Assembly: GCA_049509935.1 (NCBI GenBank)
Contig: JBEKZK010000001.1
Location: 1-34,260 of the forward strand
Direction of reading: 5' to 3'
DNA from: Xanthobacteraceae bacterium
GTDB lineage: Bacteria; Pseudomonadota; Alphaproteobacteria; Rhizobiales; Xanthobacteraceae
Length of the DNA: 34,260 nucleotides
Position 1 is the stretch's first letter. Each line of letters starts with the position of its first letter. Under the pieces are notes generated by a model. It worked only from the letters and a program-made list of their open reading frames with translations. It made no database searches and was not told where the DNA came from. The position numbers and the translations under genes were made by a program. This document shows, in pieces, positions 1 through 9,675 of the stretch.

Positions 1-260
1 TCGCCCGCTTCTCTTTGTGAGAGGCTCCATGCAGCTCGTAATTGTTTGATGGTTTCTGGCGTGGGGATACCATCAACGAGTTGCTTCAACTCACGCAGCG
101 CGGCGGTGGCCACATGCATATCAGGTCCAACGACTACTCCCTCGCCCTCGCCATCCGGATAGTATCCCGGCTGGTCGACTGTGATGCTGTGTCCCTTGTA
201 GGTCACGGTGAAAGGCCGCACGCCATACTTCATCGGCTCGCCGGTTTCGGGAGAGGGCAT
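1..260 (-). CDS. MqsA-like / XRE-type HTH antitoxin-family protein; partial, C-terminal part runs off the window start
   Basis: Absent from the ORF track because it has no stop inside the window. Hand translation of the reverse strand from ATG (complement of 258-260) gives MPSPETGEPMKYGVRPFTVTYKGHSITVDQPGYYPDGEGEGVVVGPDMHVATAALRELKQLVDGIPTPETIKQLRAAWSLSQREAG, open to base 1. The PETG..M..GVRP.T.TYKG.S and LSQ.EAG pattern resembles MqsA/YgiT-type antitoxins of alphaproteobacteria, from memory. An in-frame upstream ATG (complement of 294-296) is an alternative start. Confidence 0.5.
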   Translation of the reverse strand, partial: MPSPETGEPMKYGVRPFTVTYKGHSITVDQPGYYPDGEGEGVVVGPDMHVATAALRELKQLVDGIPTPETIKQLRAAWSLSQREAG

Positions 261-445
261 TGTCTCGGGCCGCGTGCTTGTTGCCTTCCTGGTCATTGGT
301 CTGACGATGATCCACTGCAGGGGCCGGTCCGGTTCGATCTATCGCCGAAAATAGTTCCCATTGTCAATGTAGATCAAGATAGGCCGTTGATCCTACTTGG
401 TTTTCCTGTTTTCCGCGTCACTCCATGGGGGCTCGGACCTGCCCC

Positions 446-922
446 TCACCGATCCGGCTGATGCCAAGTGTCGACCGCACCCAGGGCACCGCGCACCTTG
501 GTGATGTCGCGCGACGAGGCCTCGGCGCGTCGCTGGATATCCTCGCGCAGGCGGTTCGCCGCGTCCGGATAGCCCTCGAGCATCTTGAGGAACAGGGTGC
601 GCGGAATGCGCATGACGGTGGACGGCTCGCGTGCCGTCGCGGTGACGCGACGCGTGGTCTCGGTGATCAGCGCCAGCTCGCCCAGCAGGGTCCCGGCGCC
701 GACGGTCAGGGGCGCGACGCCGTTGCGCTCGTGGGTCAGGCTGAACGACCCCTCCTGGATGACGTAGCCGCCGTCCGCGGCCTCGCCTTCGCTGAACAGC
801 ACGTTGCCGCCGTGCACGTAGCGGTTCTCCGCCCCGATCGCCAGAATGCGCAGGGCTTCGCGGCCCAGGAGTGCGAGGGTGGGGACGCGCTCGAAGTGCG
901 CGATGTCGTCCTCGATGCTCAT
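446..922 (-). CDS. Cyclic nucleotide-binding domain protein; single domain, no C-terminal HTH
   Basis: 158-aa ORF. FSEGEAADGGYVIQEGSFSL...GAGTLLGELALI....RRVTATAREPSTVMRIPRTLFLKML matches the cNMP-binding beta-roll pattern of the Crp/Fnr superfamily. It is too short to carry a DNA-binding domain. It lies 14 bp downstream of the response regulator on the same strand. Confidence 0.8.
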   Translation of the reverse strand: MSIEDDIAHFERVPTLALLGREALRILAIGAENRYVHGGNVLFSEGEAADGGYVIQEGSFSLTHERNGVAPLTVGAGTLLGELALITETTRRVTATAREPSTVMRIPRTLFLKMLEGYPDAANRLREDIQRRAEASSRDITKVRGALGAVDTWHQPDR

Positions 923-936
923 TCGCGTTTCGGCGC

Positions 937-1623
937 TTAAGGGATCAGCTTGTAACCACCGCCTTCAGTGACCAGAATGGACGGATTCGTGGTGTCGCGC
1001 TCGACCTTTTGCCGCAGCCGGTAGATATGGGTCTCGAGCGTATGGGTGGTCACTCCCGAATTGTAGCCCCACACCTCCTGCAGCAGAATTTCCCGTGACA
1101 CCGGACGCTGGCCGGCGCGGTACAGATAGCGGAGGATCGCGGTCTCTTTTTCGGTCAGCCTGACCTTGTTGCCCTTGGGATTGATCAACAGCTTCGAGCT
1201 CGGCCGGAACGAGTACGGACCGATCGCGAACACCGCGTCCTCGCTCGCCTCGTGCTGACGCAGCTGGGCACGGATGCGTGCCAGCAGGACGGCGAAGCGG
1301 AACGGCTTGGCGACATAGTCGTTGGCGCCCGATTCGAGCCCGAGAATCGTGTCCGAATCGGTATCATGGCCGGTCAGCATGATGATCGGCGCCTTGAAGC
1401 CGTTCTTGCGCAGAATGCGAACCGCCTCGCGCCCATCGACGTCGGGCAGCCCCACGTCCATGATGACCAGATCGACCTGGCCGGCCTTCGCGGCCTGCAC
1501 GCCCTTGGTGCCCGTCTCGACCGCGACGGCTTCGAACTCCTCGTGCAGCGCCAGTTGCTCGACGAGCGCGTCGCGCATGTCGTTGTCGTCATCGACGATC
1601 AGGATTTTTCGGGCATTCGCCAT
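937..1623 (-). CDS. OmpR/PhoB-family response regulator; CenR-like, tentative
   Basis: 228-aa ORF. The receiver domain shows ILIVDDD...DLVIMDVGLPDVDG...IIMLTG...GANDYVAKPF. The winged-helix output shows LTEKETAILRYLYRAG...VWGY......THTLETHIYRLRQKV. The TEKE.AIL..LYRAG signature resembles CenR-type regulators, from memory. Confidence 0.9.
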   Translation of the reverse strand: MANARKILIVDDDNDMRDALVEQLALHEEFEAVAVETGTKGVQAAKAGQVDLVIMDVGLPDVDGREAVRILRKNGFKAPIIMLTGHDTDSDTILGLESGANDYVAKPFRFAVLLARIRAQLRQHEASEDAVFAIGPYSFRPSSKLLINPKGNKVRLTEKETAILRYLYRAGQRPVSREILLQEVWGYNSGVTTHTLETHIYRLRQKVERDTTNPSILVTEGGGYKLIP

Positions 1624-1887
1624 TGCAGAGGCCTCAAGTGGAGGTCGCCGGCCAGGCGACGTTCAACGCGACGTTCAACCGAAGTAGACCGATCGGCCGA
1701 TAAAGAGCAAGCGGCGGCCAGTCATTCGACACTTGCCCGGTTGGGGCATCGCCCAACGCGCCCGGGCGAGCACCGCAGCGCGGCGCGGTTCCGCCACGGC
1801 AGGCGCCGGTAGTCGTTTACACTTTAGCGACACTGGGGCGAATTTGCAGCACCATCGGACAAACAATCAGTGGTCTGGTAAATTTCC

Positions 1888-2433
1888 ATGTTTTCCACCC
1901 ATCTGCGACCCACAAGGGTGAAAGTCGTTCGCGTCAGGGCGCGGCCGGGGCTGCGCACGCACGCCTGGGTTTTCGCCGGTCCGGTGCGATGCCGGGCGGC
2001 GCTCGGACGATCCGGCGTCGGTGCCGACAAACGCGAAGGGGATGGCGCCACGCCGCGCGGCCGATTCCGGCTGCTGCGGGTGTGGTGGCGGGCGGACCGC
2101 GGGCCGCGACCGCGCACCGGGCTCCCCGTGCGGCGCATTGGCCGGTCCGACGCGTGGTGCGAGGATCCGGCGGACCGGCGCTACAACCGTCCGGTTCGCC
2201 TGTCCGAGCGCGCAGCCGGCGACCGGCTGTGGCGCGACGACCACCTCTACGACCTGATCGTCGAGCTCGACCACAACAGCCGGCCGCGGATCGCTCACCG
2301 CGGCAGCGCGGTCTTCATCCACGTGGCGCGACCGGGCTTCCGGCCCACCGCCGGCTGCGTGGCCCTCGAGGCGAGCCACCTGCGGCGGCTGCTGGCCCGC
2401 TTCGATCGAAACACCGAAATCGCGATTCATTGA
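1888..2433 (+). CDS. L,D-transpeptidase family protein (YkuD fold)
   Basis: 181-aa ORF with ADKREGDGATPRGRFRL and a catalytic-type motif GSAVFIHVARPGFRPTAGCVAL (His ... Gly-Cys). Its 3-prime end overlaps the convergent yggS by 7 nt. Confidence 0.8.
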   Translation: MFSTHLRPTRVKVVRVRARPGLRTHAWVFAGPVRCRAALGRSGVGADKREGDGATPRGRFRLLRVWWRADRGPRPRTGLPVRRIGRSDAWCEDPADRRYNRPVRLSERAAGDRLWRDDHLYDLIVELDHNSRPRIAHRGSAVFIHVARPGFRPTAGCVALEASHLRRLLARFDRNTEIAIH

Positions 2434-3131
2434 TTGACCCAAGCCCGGGCCCCGAAGATCGCGGTGCCGACCCGTACGTGGGTGGCGCCGAGCTCGATCG
2501 CCAGGGCGAAGTCCGAGCTCATCCCCATCGACAGGAGCGTCAGCTCGTTGCGCGCCGCGATCTTCGCCAGCAACGCAAAGTGCGGCGCCGGTGGCTCGTT
2601 GACCGGCGGGATGCACATCAGGCCGACGATGTCGAGACCGTGGGCGTCCCGGCAGGACGCCAAAAACCCGTCGGTGTCGCCGGGCAGGACGCCTGCCTTC
2701 TGCGGCTCCGCGCCGGTATTGACCTGAACGAGGAGCTTCGGTCGACGGGGCTGCCTGGCAAGCTCCCGGGCCAGCGCCTCGCACAGCCCCGGGCGGTCGA
2801 CCGAGTGGATGGCGTCGAACAGGGCCACGGCCTCGCGCACCTTGTTGGTCTGCAGCGGCCCGATCAGATGCAGCTCGAGATCGGGAAACCGCGCGGCGAG
2901 CGGCGGCCACTTCGCCTTGGCCTCCTGCACCCTGTTCTCGCCGAACACGCGATGCCCCGCCGCGATCACCGGCTCGACGGCATCCGCCGCAATCGTCTTC
3001 GAGACGGCGACCAGCGTCACCGACCGAGGGTCGCGGTTGGCCCGTCCGCAGGCGGCGGCGATGTCGCGCCGCACCGCATCGAGCCCGGCCGTGGCATCCG
3101 CCGGGGGCTCGGCGTCGGTGGTCGGCTTCAT
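2427..3131 (-). CDS. yggS: YggS-family pyridoxal-phosphate homeostasis protein (PLPBP)
   Basis: 234-aa ORF. LVAVSKT (PLP lysine), FGENRVQE, HLIGPLQTNKV, LLVQVNT, GLMCIPP and LSMGMSSDFALAIELGATHVRVGTAIFG are the canonical YggS blocks. Confidence 0.9.
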   Translation of the reverse strand: MKPTTDAEPPADATAGLDAVRRDIAAACGRANRDPRSVTLVAVSKTIAADAVEPVIAAGHRVFGENRVQEAKAKWPPLAARFPDLELHLIGPLQTNKVREAVALFDAIHSVDRPGLCEALARELARQPRRPKLLVQVNTGAEPQKAGVLPGDTDGFLASCRDAHGLDIVGLMCIPPVNEPPAPHFALLAKIAARNELTLLSMGMSSDFALAIELGATHVRVGTAIFGARAWVNQ

Positions 3132-3265
3132 GACGACACCCTTGCGGATCGGAGGATCATGAAAGCGTTCACTCTCGTCGAACCTTTCAGACGAATCTTG
3201 CCTGCCGGGCTGTGGCTCATCCTAACACCTTGTCGGCCGGTTGACCCCGACCCTCCTTTCATGTC

Positions 3266-3342
3266 CTAGTGCACCGATTCCGAAGTTCGCATCACTTGGC
3301 GACATCCTCTGGCGCGAACTTCGGAATCCAAAGGTGCACTAG
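3266..3342. repeat. 77-bp bulged long-stem hairpin element (copy 1)
   Basis: The outer stem is CTAGTGCACC (3266-3275) paired with GGTGCACTAG (3333-3342). The inner stem is GATTCCGAAGTTCGC (3276-3290) paired with GCGAACTTCGGAATC (3314-3328). There is a 4-nt bulge CAAA (3329-3332) and a 23-nt loop. All 25 stem pairs are perfect. Confidence 0.85.
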
Positions 3343-3355
3343 CAAGTCTATGATT

Positions 3356-3435
3356 CTAGTGCGGCTTTTAGGATTTGAAGTTCCTATGACGAACGCGCCG
3401 CACATCTGATAGGAACTTCAAATCCGCCGCACTAG
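3356..3435. repeat. 80-bp bulged long-stem hairpin element (copy 2, related to copy 1, opposite orientation)
   Basis: The outer stem is CTAGTGCGGC (3356-3365) paired with GCCGCACTAG (3426-3435). The inner stem is GGATTTGAAGTTCCTAT (3371-3387) paired with ATAGGAACTTCAAATCC (3409-3425). There is a 5-nt bulge TTTTA on the 5-prime arm and a 21-nt loop. It shares CTAGTGC termini and the GATT.GAAGTTC core with copy 1. The bulge sits on the opposite arm, so it is an inverted copy. Confidence 0.85.
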
Positions 3436-3601
3436 TCGCCGGCGAATTCAGTCCCGGACGTTGCTCTGCGGGCCTCGTGCGGATCGCACCGGCAGGCGCG
3501 GAGCCGTGCGGCGTTTTCCGTCCGGACGCTGTCCGCGATCCGCGGGGCGGCCGACCGATCGATGCTTGCGGGATGCGGACGAATCGGGAATCGACTGTGA
3601 C

Positions 3602-6235
3602 ATGACGACGGAGCGATACAACGCCCGCGAGGCCGAGCCGCGCTGGCAGCTGGCCTGGGAAGAGCGGGGCATCTTCGTCACCCGCAACGACGACCCGCGG
3701 CCGAAGTACTATGTGCTCGAGATGTTTCCCTACCCGTCCGGCCGGATTCACATGGGCCACGTCCGCAACTATGCGATGGGGGACGTGGTGGCGCGCTACA
3801 AGCGAGCCGTGGGCTTCAACGTCCTGCATCCCATGGGGTGGGACGCCTTCGGCATGCCGGCCGAGAATGCCGCGATGGCCAACAAGGTCCATCCGCGCGC
3901 ATGGACCTACGCCAACATCGAGGCGATGAAGGCGCAGCTCAAGTCGATGGGGCTGTCGCTCGACTGGAGCCGCGAGGTCGCCACCTGCGATCCGGCCTAC
4001 TACCGCCATCAGCAGAGGATGTTCCTCGATTTCCTGCGCGCCGGCCTGGTCGAGCGCAAGCAGTCGAAGGTCAACTGGGATCCGGTCGATCAGACGGTGC
4101 TCGCCAACGAGCAGGTCATCGATGGCCGCGGGTGGCGGTCGAATGCGCCGGTCGAGCAGCGCGAGCTGACCCAGTGGTTCTTCAAGATCACGGCATTCGC
4201 CGAAGACCTGCTTGCCGCCATCGACCGGCTCGATCGCTGGCCCGAAAAGGTGCGGGTGATGCAGCGCAACTGGATCGGCCGGTCCGAGGGGCTGATGGTG
4301 CGCTTCGCCCTCGATCCGGCAACGACGCCGAACCGCGAGCCGGAGCTCGAGATCTTCACCACCCGCCACGACACGCTGTTCGGCGCGAGCTTCATGGCGA
4401 TCGCGCCCGACCATCCGCTGGCCGCCGCGGCGGCCGTCGGCAACCCGGATCTCGCCGCCTTCATCGGGGAGAGCCGGCGTACCGGCACCGCCCAGGCGCT
4501 GATCGATACCGCCGAAAAGCTCGGCTTCGCCACCGGGATCGAGGCGATCCATCCGTTCGATTCGAGCTGGAAGCTGCCGGTCTATGTGGCCAACTTCATC
4601 CTGATGGACTACGGCACCGGCGCCATCTTCGGCTGTCCGGCGCATGACCAGCGCGATCTCGAGTTCGCCCGGAAATACGGCTTGCCGGTCACCCCGGTGG
4701 TGTGCCCGGACGATCAGGACCCGAAGCGCTTCGCGATCGGCGACGTCGCCTATGACGGCGACGGACGGATGATCAATTCGCGGTTCCTCGACGGTCTGAC
4801 GATTCCGGAGGCCAAGGAAAGGGTCGCCGGCCTGCTCGAGCGCGAGATCCGCGGCGCCGCACCGGTCGGCCGGCGTCAAGTGAACTATCGCCTGCGCGAC
4901 TGGGGCATCTCGCGCCAGCGCTATTGGGGCTGCCCCATCCCGATCATCCATTGCGAAGCGTGCGGCGTCGTCCCGGTCCCCGAGCAGGACCTTCCGGTCC
5001 GGCTGCCCGACGATGTCGAGTTCGACCGGCCGGGCAATCCGCTCGACCGCCACCCGACCTGGAAGCACGTGGCCTGTCCGGTCTGCGGCGGGGCGGGGCG
5101 GCGGGAAACCGACACCATGGACACGTTCGTTGATTCGTCCTGGTATTTCGCCCGCTTCACCGATCCGTGGATCGAGAGCGCCCCGACGCGACGCGATGTG
5201 GCGGATGCCTGGTTGCCGGTCGATCAGTATATCGGCGGCGTCGAGCATGCGATCCTGCATCTGCTGTACAGCCGCTTTTTCATGCGGGCGATGCGGGAGA
5301 CGCATCTCGTCGATATCGACGAGCCGTTTGCCGGACTGTTCACCCAGGGCATGGTGGTCCACGAGACTTATCAGAAGGCCGACGGCACCTTCGTCGAGCC
5401 GGCCTCCGTGACGATCGACGCAGACGGCGGCGGCCGGCGCGCCCGCGTCACCGCCACCGGCGAGCCGGTCGAGATCGGCGCGATCGAGAAGATGTCGAAG
5501 TCGAAGCGCAACACCATCGACCCTGACGAGATCATGGAAAGTTTTGGCGCCGATACGGCGCGCTGTTTCATGCTGTCGGATTCGCCGCCCGAGCGTGACC
5601 GCGAATGGACCGAGGACGGTGTTCAGGGCGCGTGGCGCTTCGTGCAGCGGCTGTGGCGGCTCACCGCCGAGCTCGCCGAGCTCGCCGCCCCGCCCGGGGC
5701 GGGCCGCCCGGCGGAGTTCGGCGCGCCGGCGCTCGCGGTGCGCAAGGCCGCCCATCGCACTTTGTACGAGGTCACGCAGAACATCGAAAAGCTGCGCTTC
5801 AACGTGTGCATCGCGCACATCCACGAGCTCGCCGGCGCCTTGCAGGCGACGGCCGCGGCGGCGAGGAGCAATGGCGGCGTGACTCCGGAGCTGTCTTGGG
5901 CGATACGAGAGGCGATGGAGATATTGGTGCGGCTGTTCAATCCGATGATGCCGCATCTCGCCGAGGAGTGCTGGGCCATGATCGGCCACAACGGGATGGT
6001 CGCCGAGGCGGCATGGCCCGCGGTCGAGACGGATCTCCTGATCGAGGACACCGTCACGCTGCCGGTCCAGGTCAACGGCCGCAAGCGCGCCGACGTCACG
6101 GTGGCGCGGGATGCCGGCACTGCCGACATCGAGCGGGCGGTGCTGGCGCTCGAATCGGTGCGCCGCGCGCTCGATGGCAAGGTTCCGAAAAAAGTCATCG
6201 TTGTCCCGCAGAGGATCGTCAATGTGGTCGCATGA
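3602..6235 (+). CDS. leuS: Leucine--tRNA ligase
   Basis: The ORF 3461..6235 carries the class I HIGH motif ([15 protein letters not shown]) and the KMSKS motif (EKMSKSKRN), and reads as LeuS throughout. I start it at ATG 3602 ([16 protein letters not shown]...), which gives 877 aa. The 47 upstream codons are Arg/Cys-rich and unlike LeuS. Confidence 0.97.
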   Translation: MTTERYNAREAEPRWQLAWEERGIFVTRNDDPRPKYYVLEMFPYPSGRIHMGHVRNYAMGDVVARYKRAVGFNVLHPMGWDAFGMPAENAAMANKVHPRAWTYANIEAMKAQLKSMGLSLDWSREVATCDPAYYRHQQRMFLDFLRAGLVERKQSKVNWDPVDQTVLANEQVIDGRGWRSNAPVEQRELTQWFFKITAFAEDLLAAIDRLDRWPEKVRVMQRNWIGRSEGLMVRFALDPATTPNREPELEIFTTRHDTLFGASFMAIAPDHPLAAAAAVGNPDLAAFIGESRRTGTAQALIDTAEKLGFATGIEAIHPFDSSWKLPVYVANFILMDYGTGAIFGCPAHDQRDLEFARKYGLPVTPVVCPDDQDPKRFAIGDVAYDGDGRMINSRFLDGLTIPEAKERVAGLLEREIRGAAPVGRRQVNYRLRDWGISRQRYWGCPIPIIHCEACGVVPVPEQDLPVRLPDDVEFDRPGNPLDRHPTWKHVACPVCGGAGRRETDTMDTFVDSSWYFARFTDPWIESAPTRRDVADAWLPVDQYIGGVEHAILHLLYSRFFMRAMRETHLVDIDEPFAGLFTQGMVVHETYQKADGTFVEPASVTIDADGGGRRARVTATGEPVEIGAIEKMSKSKRNTIDPDEIMESFGADTARCFMLSDSPPERDREWTEDGVQGAWRFVQRLWRLTAELAELAAPPGAGRPAEFGAPALAVRKAAHRTLYEVTQNIEKLRFNVCIAHIHELAGALQATAAAARSNGGVTPELSWAIREAMEILVRLFNPMMPHLAEECWAMIGHNGMVAEAAWPAVETDLLIEDTVTLPVQVNGRKRADVTVARDAGTADIERAVLALESVRRALDGKVPKKVIVVPQRIVNVVA

Positions 6236-6788
6236 GAGCGGCGCGGCGCTCGGCCGCGCAGGGCGGTGGCTCGTGGCGGTGGCGGTGGCCGCAATGATGG
6301 CCGGCTGCTTCCAGCCTCTCTACGGCGAACGGACCGAGACCGGCGGGTCCGAGCTGCGGCAGAAGCTCGCCGCGGTCGACGTGGTGCAGATCGCCGCTCC
6401 CCAGGGAACGCCGGACGCCCGGGTAGCCGTCGAGTTGCGCAACGACCTGCTGTTCCAGCTGTACGGCGGCAGTGGCGCTGTCTCGCCGACCCATCGGCTG
6501 AACATCAAGATGACGACGTCGAAGTCGGCGCTGATCGTCGACATCGCCACCGGCCGTACCGTGGCGGAGATCACCGGCATCGACGTGACCTACACGCTCG
6601 TCGAGCTTGCGACCGGCAAGGTCGTGGTCAACGGCACCTCATTCTCGCGCGTGAGCTCCGACGTGCCAGGTCTGCAGCAGCGATTCGCCCGGGCAAGAGC
6701 GCAGCGTGACGCCGAGAACCGCGCCGCCGGCGTCGTCGCCGACGAGATCAAGACCCGGCTGGCATCCTACATGGTTGCGCGGACGTAA
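6222..6788 (+). CDS. lptE: LPS-assembly lipoprotein LptE
   Basis: The internal ATG at 6222 gives [35 protein letters not shown], a signal peptide with a lipobox (MAGC). The size (188 aa) and the position directly after leuS and before holA fit the conserved leuS-lptE-holA arrangement. It overlaps the leuS stop by 14 nt. Confidence 0.8.
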   Translation: MWSHESGAALGRAGRWLVAVAVAAMMAGCFQPLYGERTETGGSELRQKLAAVDVVQIAAPQGTPDARVAVELRNDLLFQLYGGSGAVSPTHRLNIKMTTSKSALIVDIATGRTVAEITGIDVTYTLVELATGKVVVNGTSFSRVSSDVPGLQQRFARARAQRDAENRAAGVVADEIKTRLASYMVART

Positions 6789-6798
6789 GTCTTTACTC

Positions 6799-7845
6799 AT
6801 GGTTGCAATCAAGGCCACGGACGCCGACGCCTATCTGGCTCGTCCAGATCCGGCGCGGCCGGTCTTCCTGGTGTTCGGCCCGGATGCCGGCTTGGTGAGC
6901 GAACGAGCCGGCGCCCTCGTGCGCTCGGCCGTCGACGATCCCGACGATCCGTTCGCTCTGGTCCGGCTCGACGGCGACGAGCTTGCGGCCGATCCGGCGC
7001 GGCTGGTCGACGAGGCGATGACCATCCCGCTGTTCGGCGGCAGGCGCGCCATCTGGATCAAGGCCGGCGGGCGCGACTTCACGGCCGCCGTCGAGGCGCT
7101 GATGGGTCGGCCGGTCCGCGACTGCCGGATCGTCATCGAGGCGGGCGATCTGCGCCGCAACGCGGCCTTGCGGGTGCTGTGCGAGCGCGCCCCCATGGTC
7201 GCGGCGATTGCGTGCTACGTGGACGGCGAGCGTGATCTGGGGAGACTGATCGACGAGGAGATGCGGGCCGCCAATCTCTCGATCTCGGCAGATGCGCGAG
7301 GTGCCCTCATCCCGTTGCTCGGCGGGGACCGCCGTGCCTCCCGCAACGAGGTGCGCAAGCTCGCGCTCTATGCGCTCGGCAAGGCACGGATCGAGATCGA
7401 CGACGTGGAGGCGGTCGTCGCGGACGCCTCGGCTCTCGTGCTCGACAACGTGGTCGACGCGGTTTTTGCCGGGCGCGCCGCCGAGGTCGAAACGAGCTTT
7501 GCCCGGGCCCAGGATGCCGGGATCGGACCTGGACGCATCGTGACTGCGGCGCTGTTCCAGGTCGCGCAGCTGCATCGCGCCAGGCTCGGGATCGAGAACG
7601 GTGAGTCCATTCAGGACGCCGCCGAGCAACTCACCGGCAAAGCCCAGTTCCGGCGCAAGCGGGCGGTCGAGGCGGCGCTGAAGACGTGGACCGCGGCCCG
7701 CCTGGAGCGGGTCATGGCGCAACTTGCCGAGTCCTCGCTCGATGCGCGCCGACTGACCGGGGCGGCGGCCGCGCTGGCGGATCCGGCGATCAGCCGTACC
7801 CTGCTGGCGGTCGCTCAGATGGCGCGCCCGCGCCACAGGGGTTGA
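6799..7845 (+). CDS. holA: DNA polymerase III subunit delta
   Basis: ATG 6799 gives MVAIKATDADAYLARPDPARPVFLVFGPDAGLVSERA, a typical HolA N-terminus. It is 348 aa and follows lptE. Confidence 0.85.
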   Translation: MVAIKATDADAYLARPDPARPVFLVFGPDAGLVSERAGALVRSAVDDPDDPFALVRLDGDELAADPARLVDEAMTIPLFGGRRAIWIKAGGRDFTAAVEALMGRPVRDCRIVIEAGDLRRNAALRVLCERAPMVAAIACYVDGERDLGRLIDEEMRAANLSISADARGALIPLLGGDRRASRNEVRKLALYALGKARIEIDDVEAVVADASALVLDNVVDAVFAGRAAEVETSFARAQDAGIGPGRIVTAALFQVAQLHRARLGIENGESIQDAAEQLTGKAQFRRKRAVEAALKTWTAARLERVMAQLAESSLDARRLTGAAAALADPAISRTLLAVAQMARPRHRG

Positions 7846-7901
7846 TCGTCAGGGATAAGTGACGAGACGGATGACGACGTATCAGAGGTTGGCGGTCGTC
7901 G

Positions 7902-8783
7902 TCACCCGAGCTCCAGGCGGCGGATCACCGCATCCAGCTGCTCGAGGCTGCGATACCTGATCCGCAGCTCGCCGCCCTGTCCCCGCATCTCGATGGTGAC
8001 GACGAGGCCGAGCACGTCCGACAGCCGGCGTTCCAGCGCCACCGTGTCGGCGTCCTTGTCGTGGCGTTGCTGTCTCGGCTTCGCGGTCTTGCCGGCCTTC
8101 GCGGCCCGCTCCTGGGCCATCGCCTCGACCTGGCGAACGTTGAGGCCGCGCTCGACGATCATGCGTGCCATTGTCTCCGGATCGGCTTCGCCGAGCAGCG
8201 CCCGGGCATGGCCGGCGGTGATCTTGCCGTCACGCAGATAGACCTTGACCGAGTCCGGCAGCTTCAGCAGCCGCAGCATGTTGGCGACGTGGCTGCGGCT
8301 CTTGCCGACGATCTTGGCGATCTCGTCCTGGCCGTATTTGAACTCGTTGCCGAGCGCCTCGTAGCCCATGGATTCTTCGAGCGCATTGAGATCGGTGCGC
8401 TGCACGTTCTCGATGATGGCGAGCTCCAGCGCCTCGCGATCGTCGACCTCCAGGAGAACCACCGGCACGTCGTGCAGCCCGGCGCGCTGCGCGGCGCGCC
8501 ACCGGCGCTCGCCGGCGATGATCTCGAAGGCATCGGCGGTCCCACGGACCGTGCGCACCAGAATCGGCTGGATGATGCCGCGCTCATGGATCGACGCCGC
8601 CAGCTCGTCGAGCTCCAGATCGGAGAACATTCGGCGCGGATTGCGCGGGTTGGGGCGGAGAAACTCCACCGGCAGCCGGCGCTGGCTGCGCGTGCGTTCG
8701 ATCGCCGAGTTCTCGTCGCCGACATCGCCGATCAATGCCGCGAGGCCCCGCCCCAGTCGCGATCTTGCCATTTCCTCCGCCAT
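7902..8783 (-). CDS. parB: Chromosome partitioning protein ParB
   Basis: The sequence shows RLGRGLAALIG, IIQPILVR, IIAGERRWRAAQ (the ParB box) and an HTH (QDEIAKIVGKSRSHVANMLRLLKLP). The start at complement of 8781-8783 (MAEEMARSRLG) follows an AGGAGA Shine-Dalgarno sequence. The longer track ORF (to 9056) overlaps parA out of frame. Confidence 0.95.
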   Translation of the reverse strand: MAEEMARSRLGRGLAALIGDVGDENSAIERTRSQRRLPVEFLRPNPRNPRRMFSDLELDELAASIHERGIIQPILVRTVRGTADAFEIIAGERRWRAAQRAGLHDVPVVLLEVDDREALELAIIENVQRTDLNALEESMGYEALGNEFKYGQDEIAKIVGKSRSHVANMLRLLKLPDSVKVYLRDGKITAGHARALLGEADPETMARMIVERGLNVRQVEAMAQERAAKAGKTAKPRQQRHDKDADTVALERRLSDVLGLVVTIEMRGQGGELRIRYRSLEQLDAVIRRLELG

Positions 8784-8865
8784 CGCGGTCTCTCCTGAGC
8801 TCACGCGCGGCCCGACCTCCGCCGGCTGCGCTCTCTCGGTGGTGATGATCCGAGGGCGCGCACGG

Positions 8866-9671
<806 letters not shown>

Positions 9672-9675
<4 letters not shown>

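Noticed and set aside
321-345. tRNA T-loop-like string GGTTCGATC, a possible tRNA or att-site fragment
   Set aside because: The flanking bases do not form a T-stem, and no acceptor or anticodon arms can be drawn on either strand.
42-461. 139-aa plus-strand ORF at the left edge
   Set aside because: It lies antisense to the MqsA-like reading frame, which has a recognisable family pattern. It then crosses the AT-rich non-coding stretch and shows no similarity to anything I recognise.
3368-5989. 873-aa ORF on the minus strand
   Set aside because: It is entirely antisense to leuS, which has unmistakable HIGH and KMSKS motifs. Its translation is Arg/Ala/Gly/Pro-rich and low in complexity, with no recognisable domain. 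This is a typical high-GC shadow ORF.
7846-7905. Short inverted repeats (TCGTCA...TGACGA and TGACGACG...CGTCGTCA) between the convergent holA and parB genes, as terminators
   Set aside because: The stems are short and AT/GC-mixed, the loops are long (up to 16 nt), there are no U-tracts, and one arm overlaps the parB stop. They are too weak to call.
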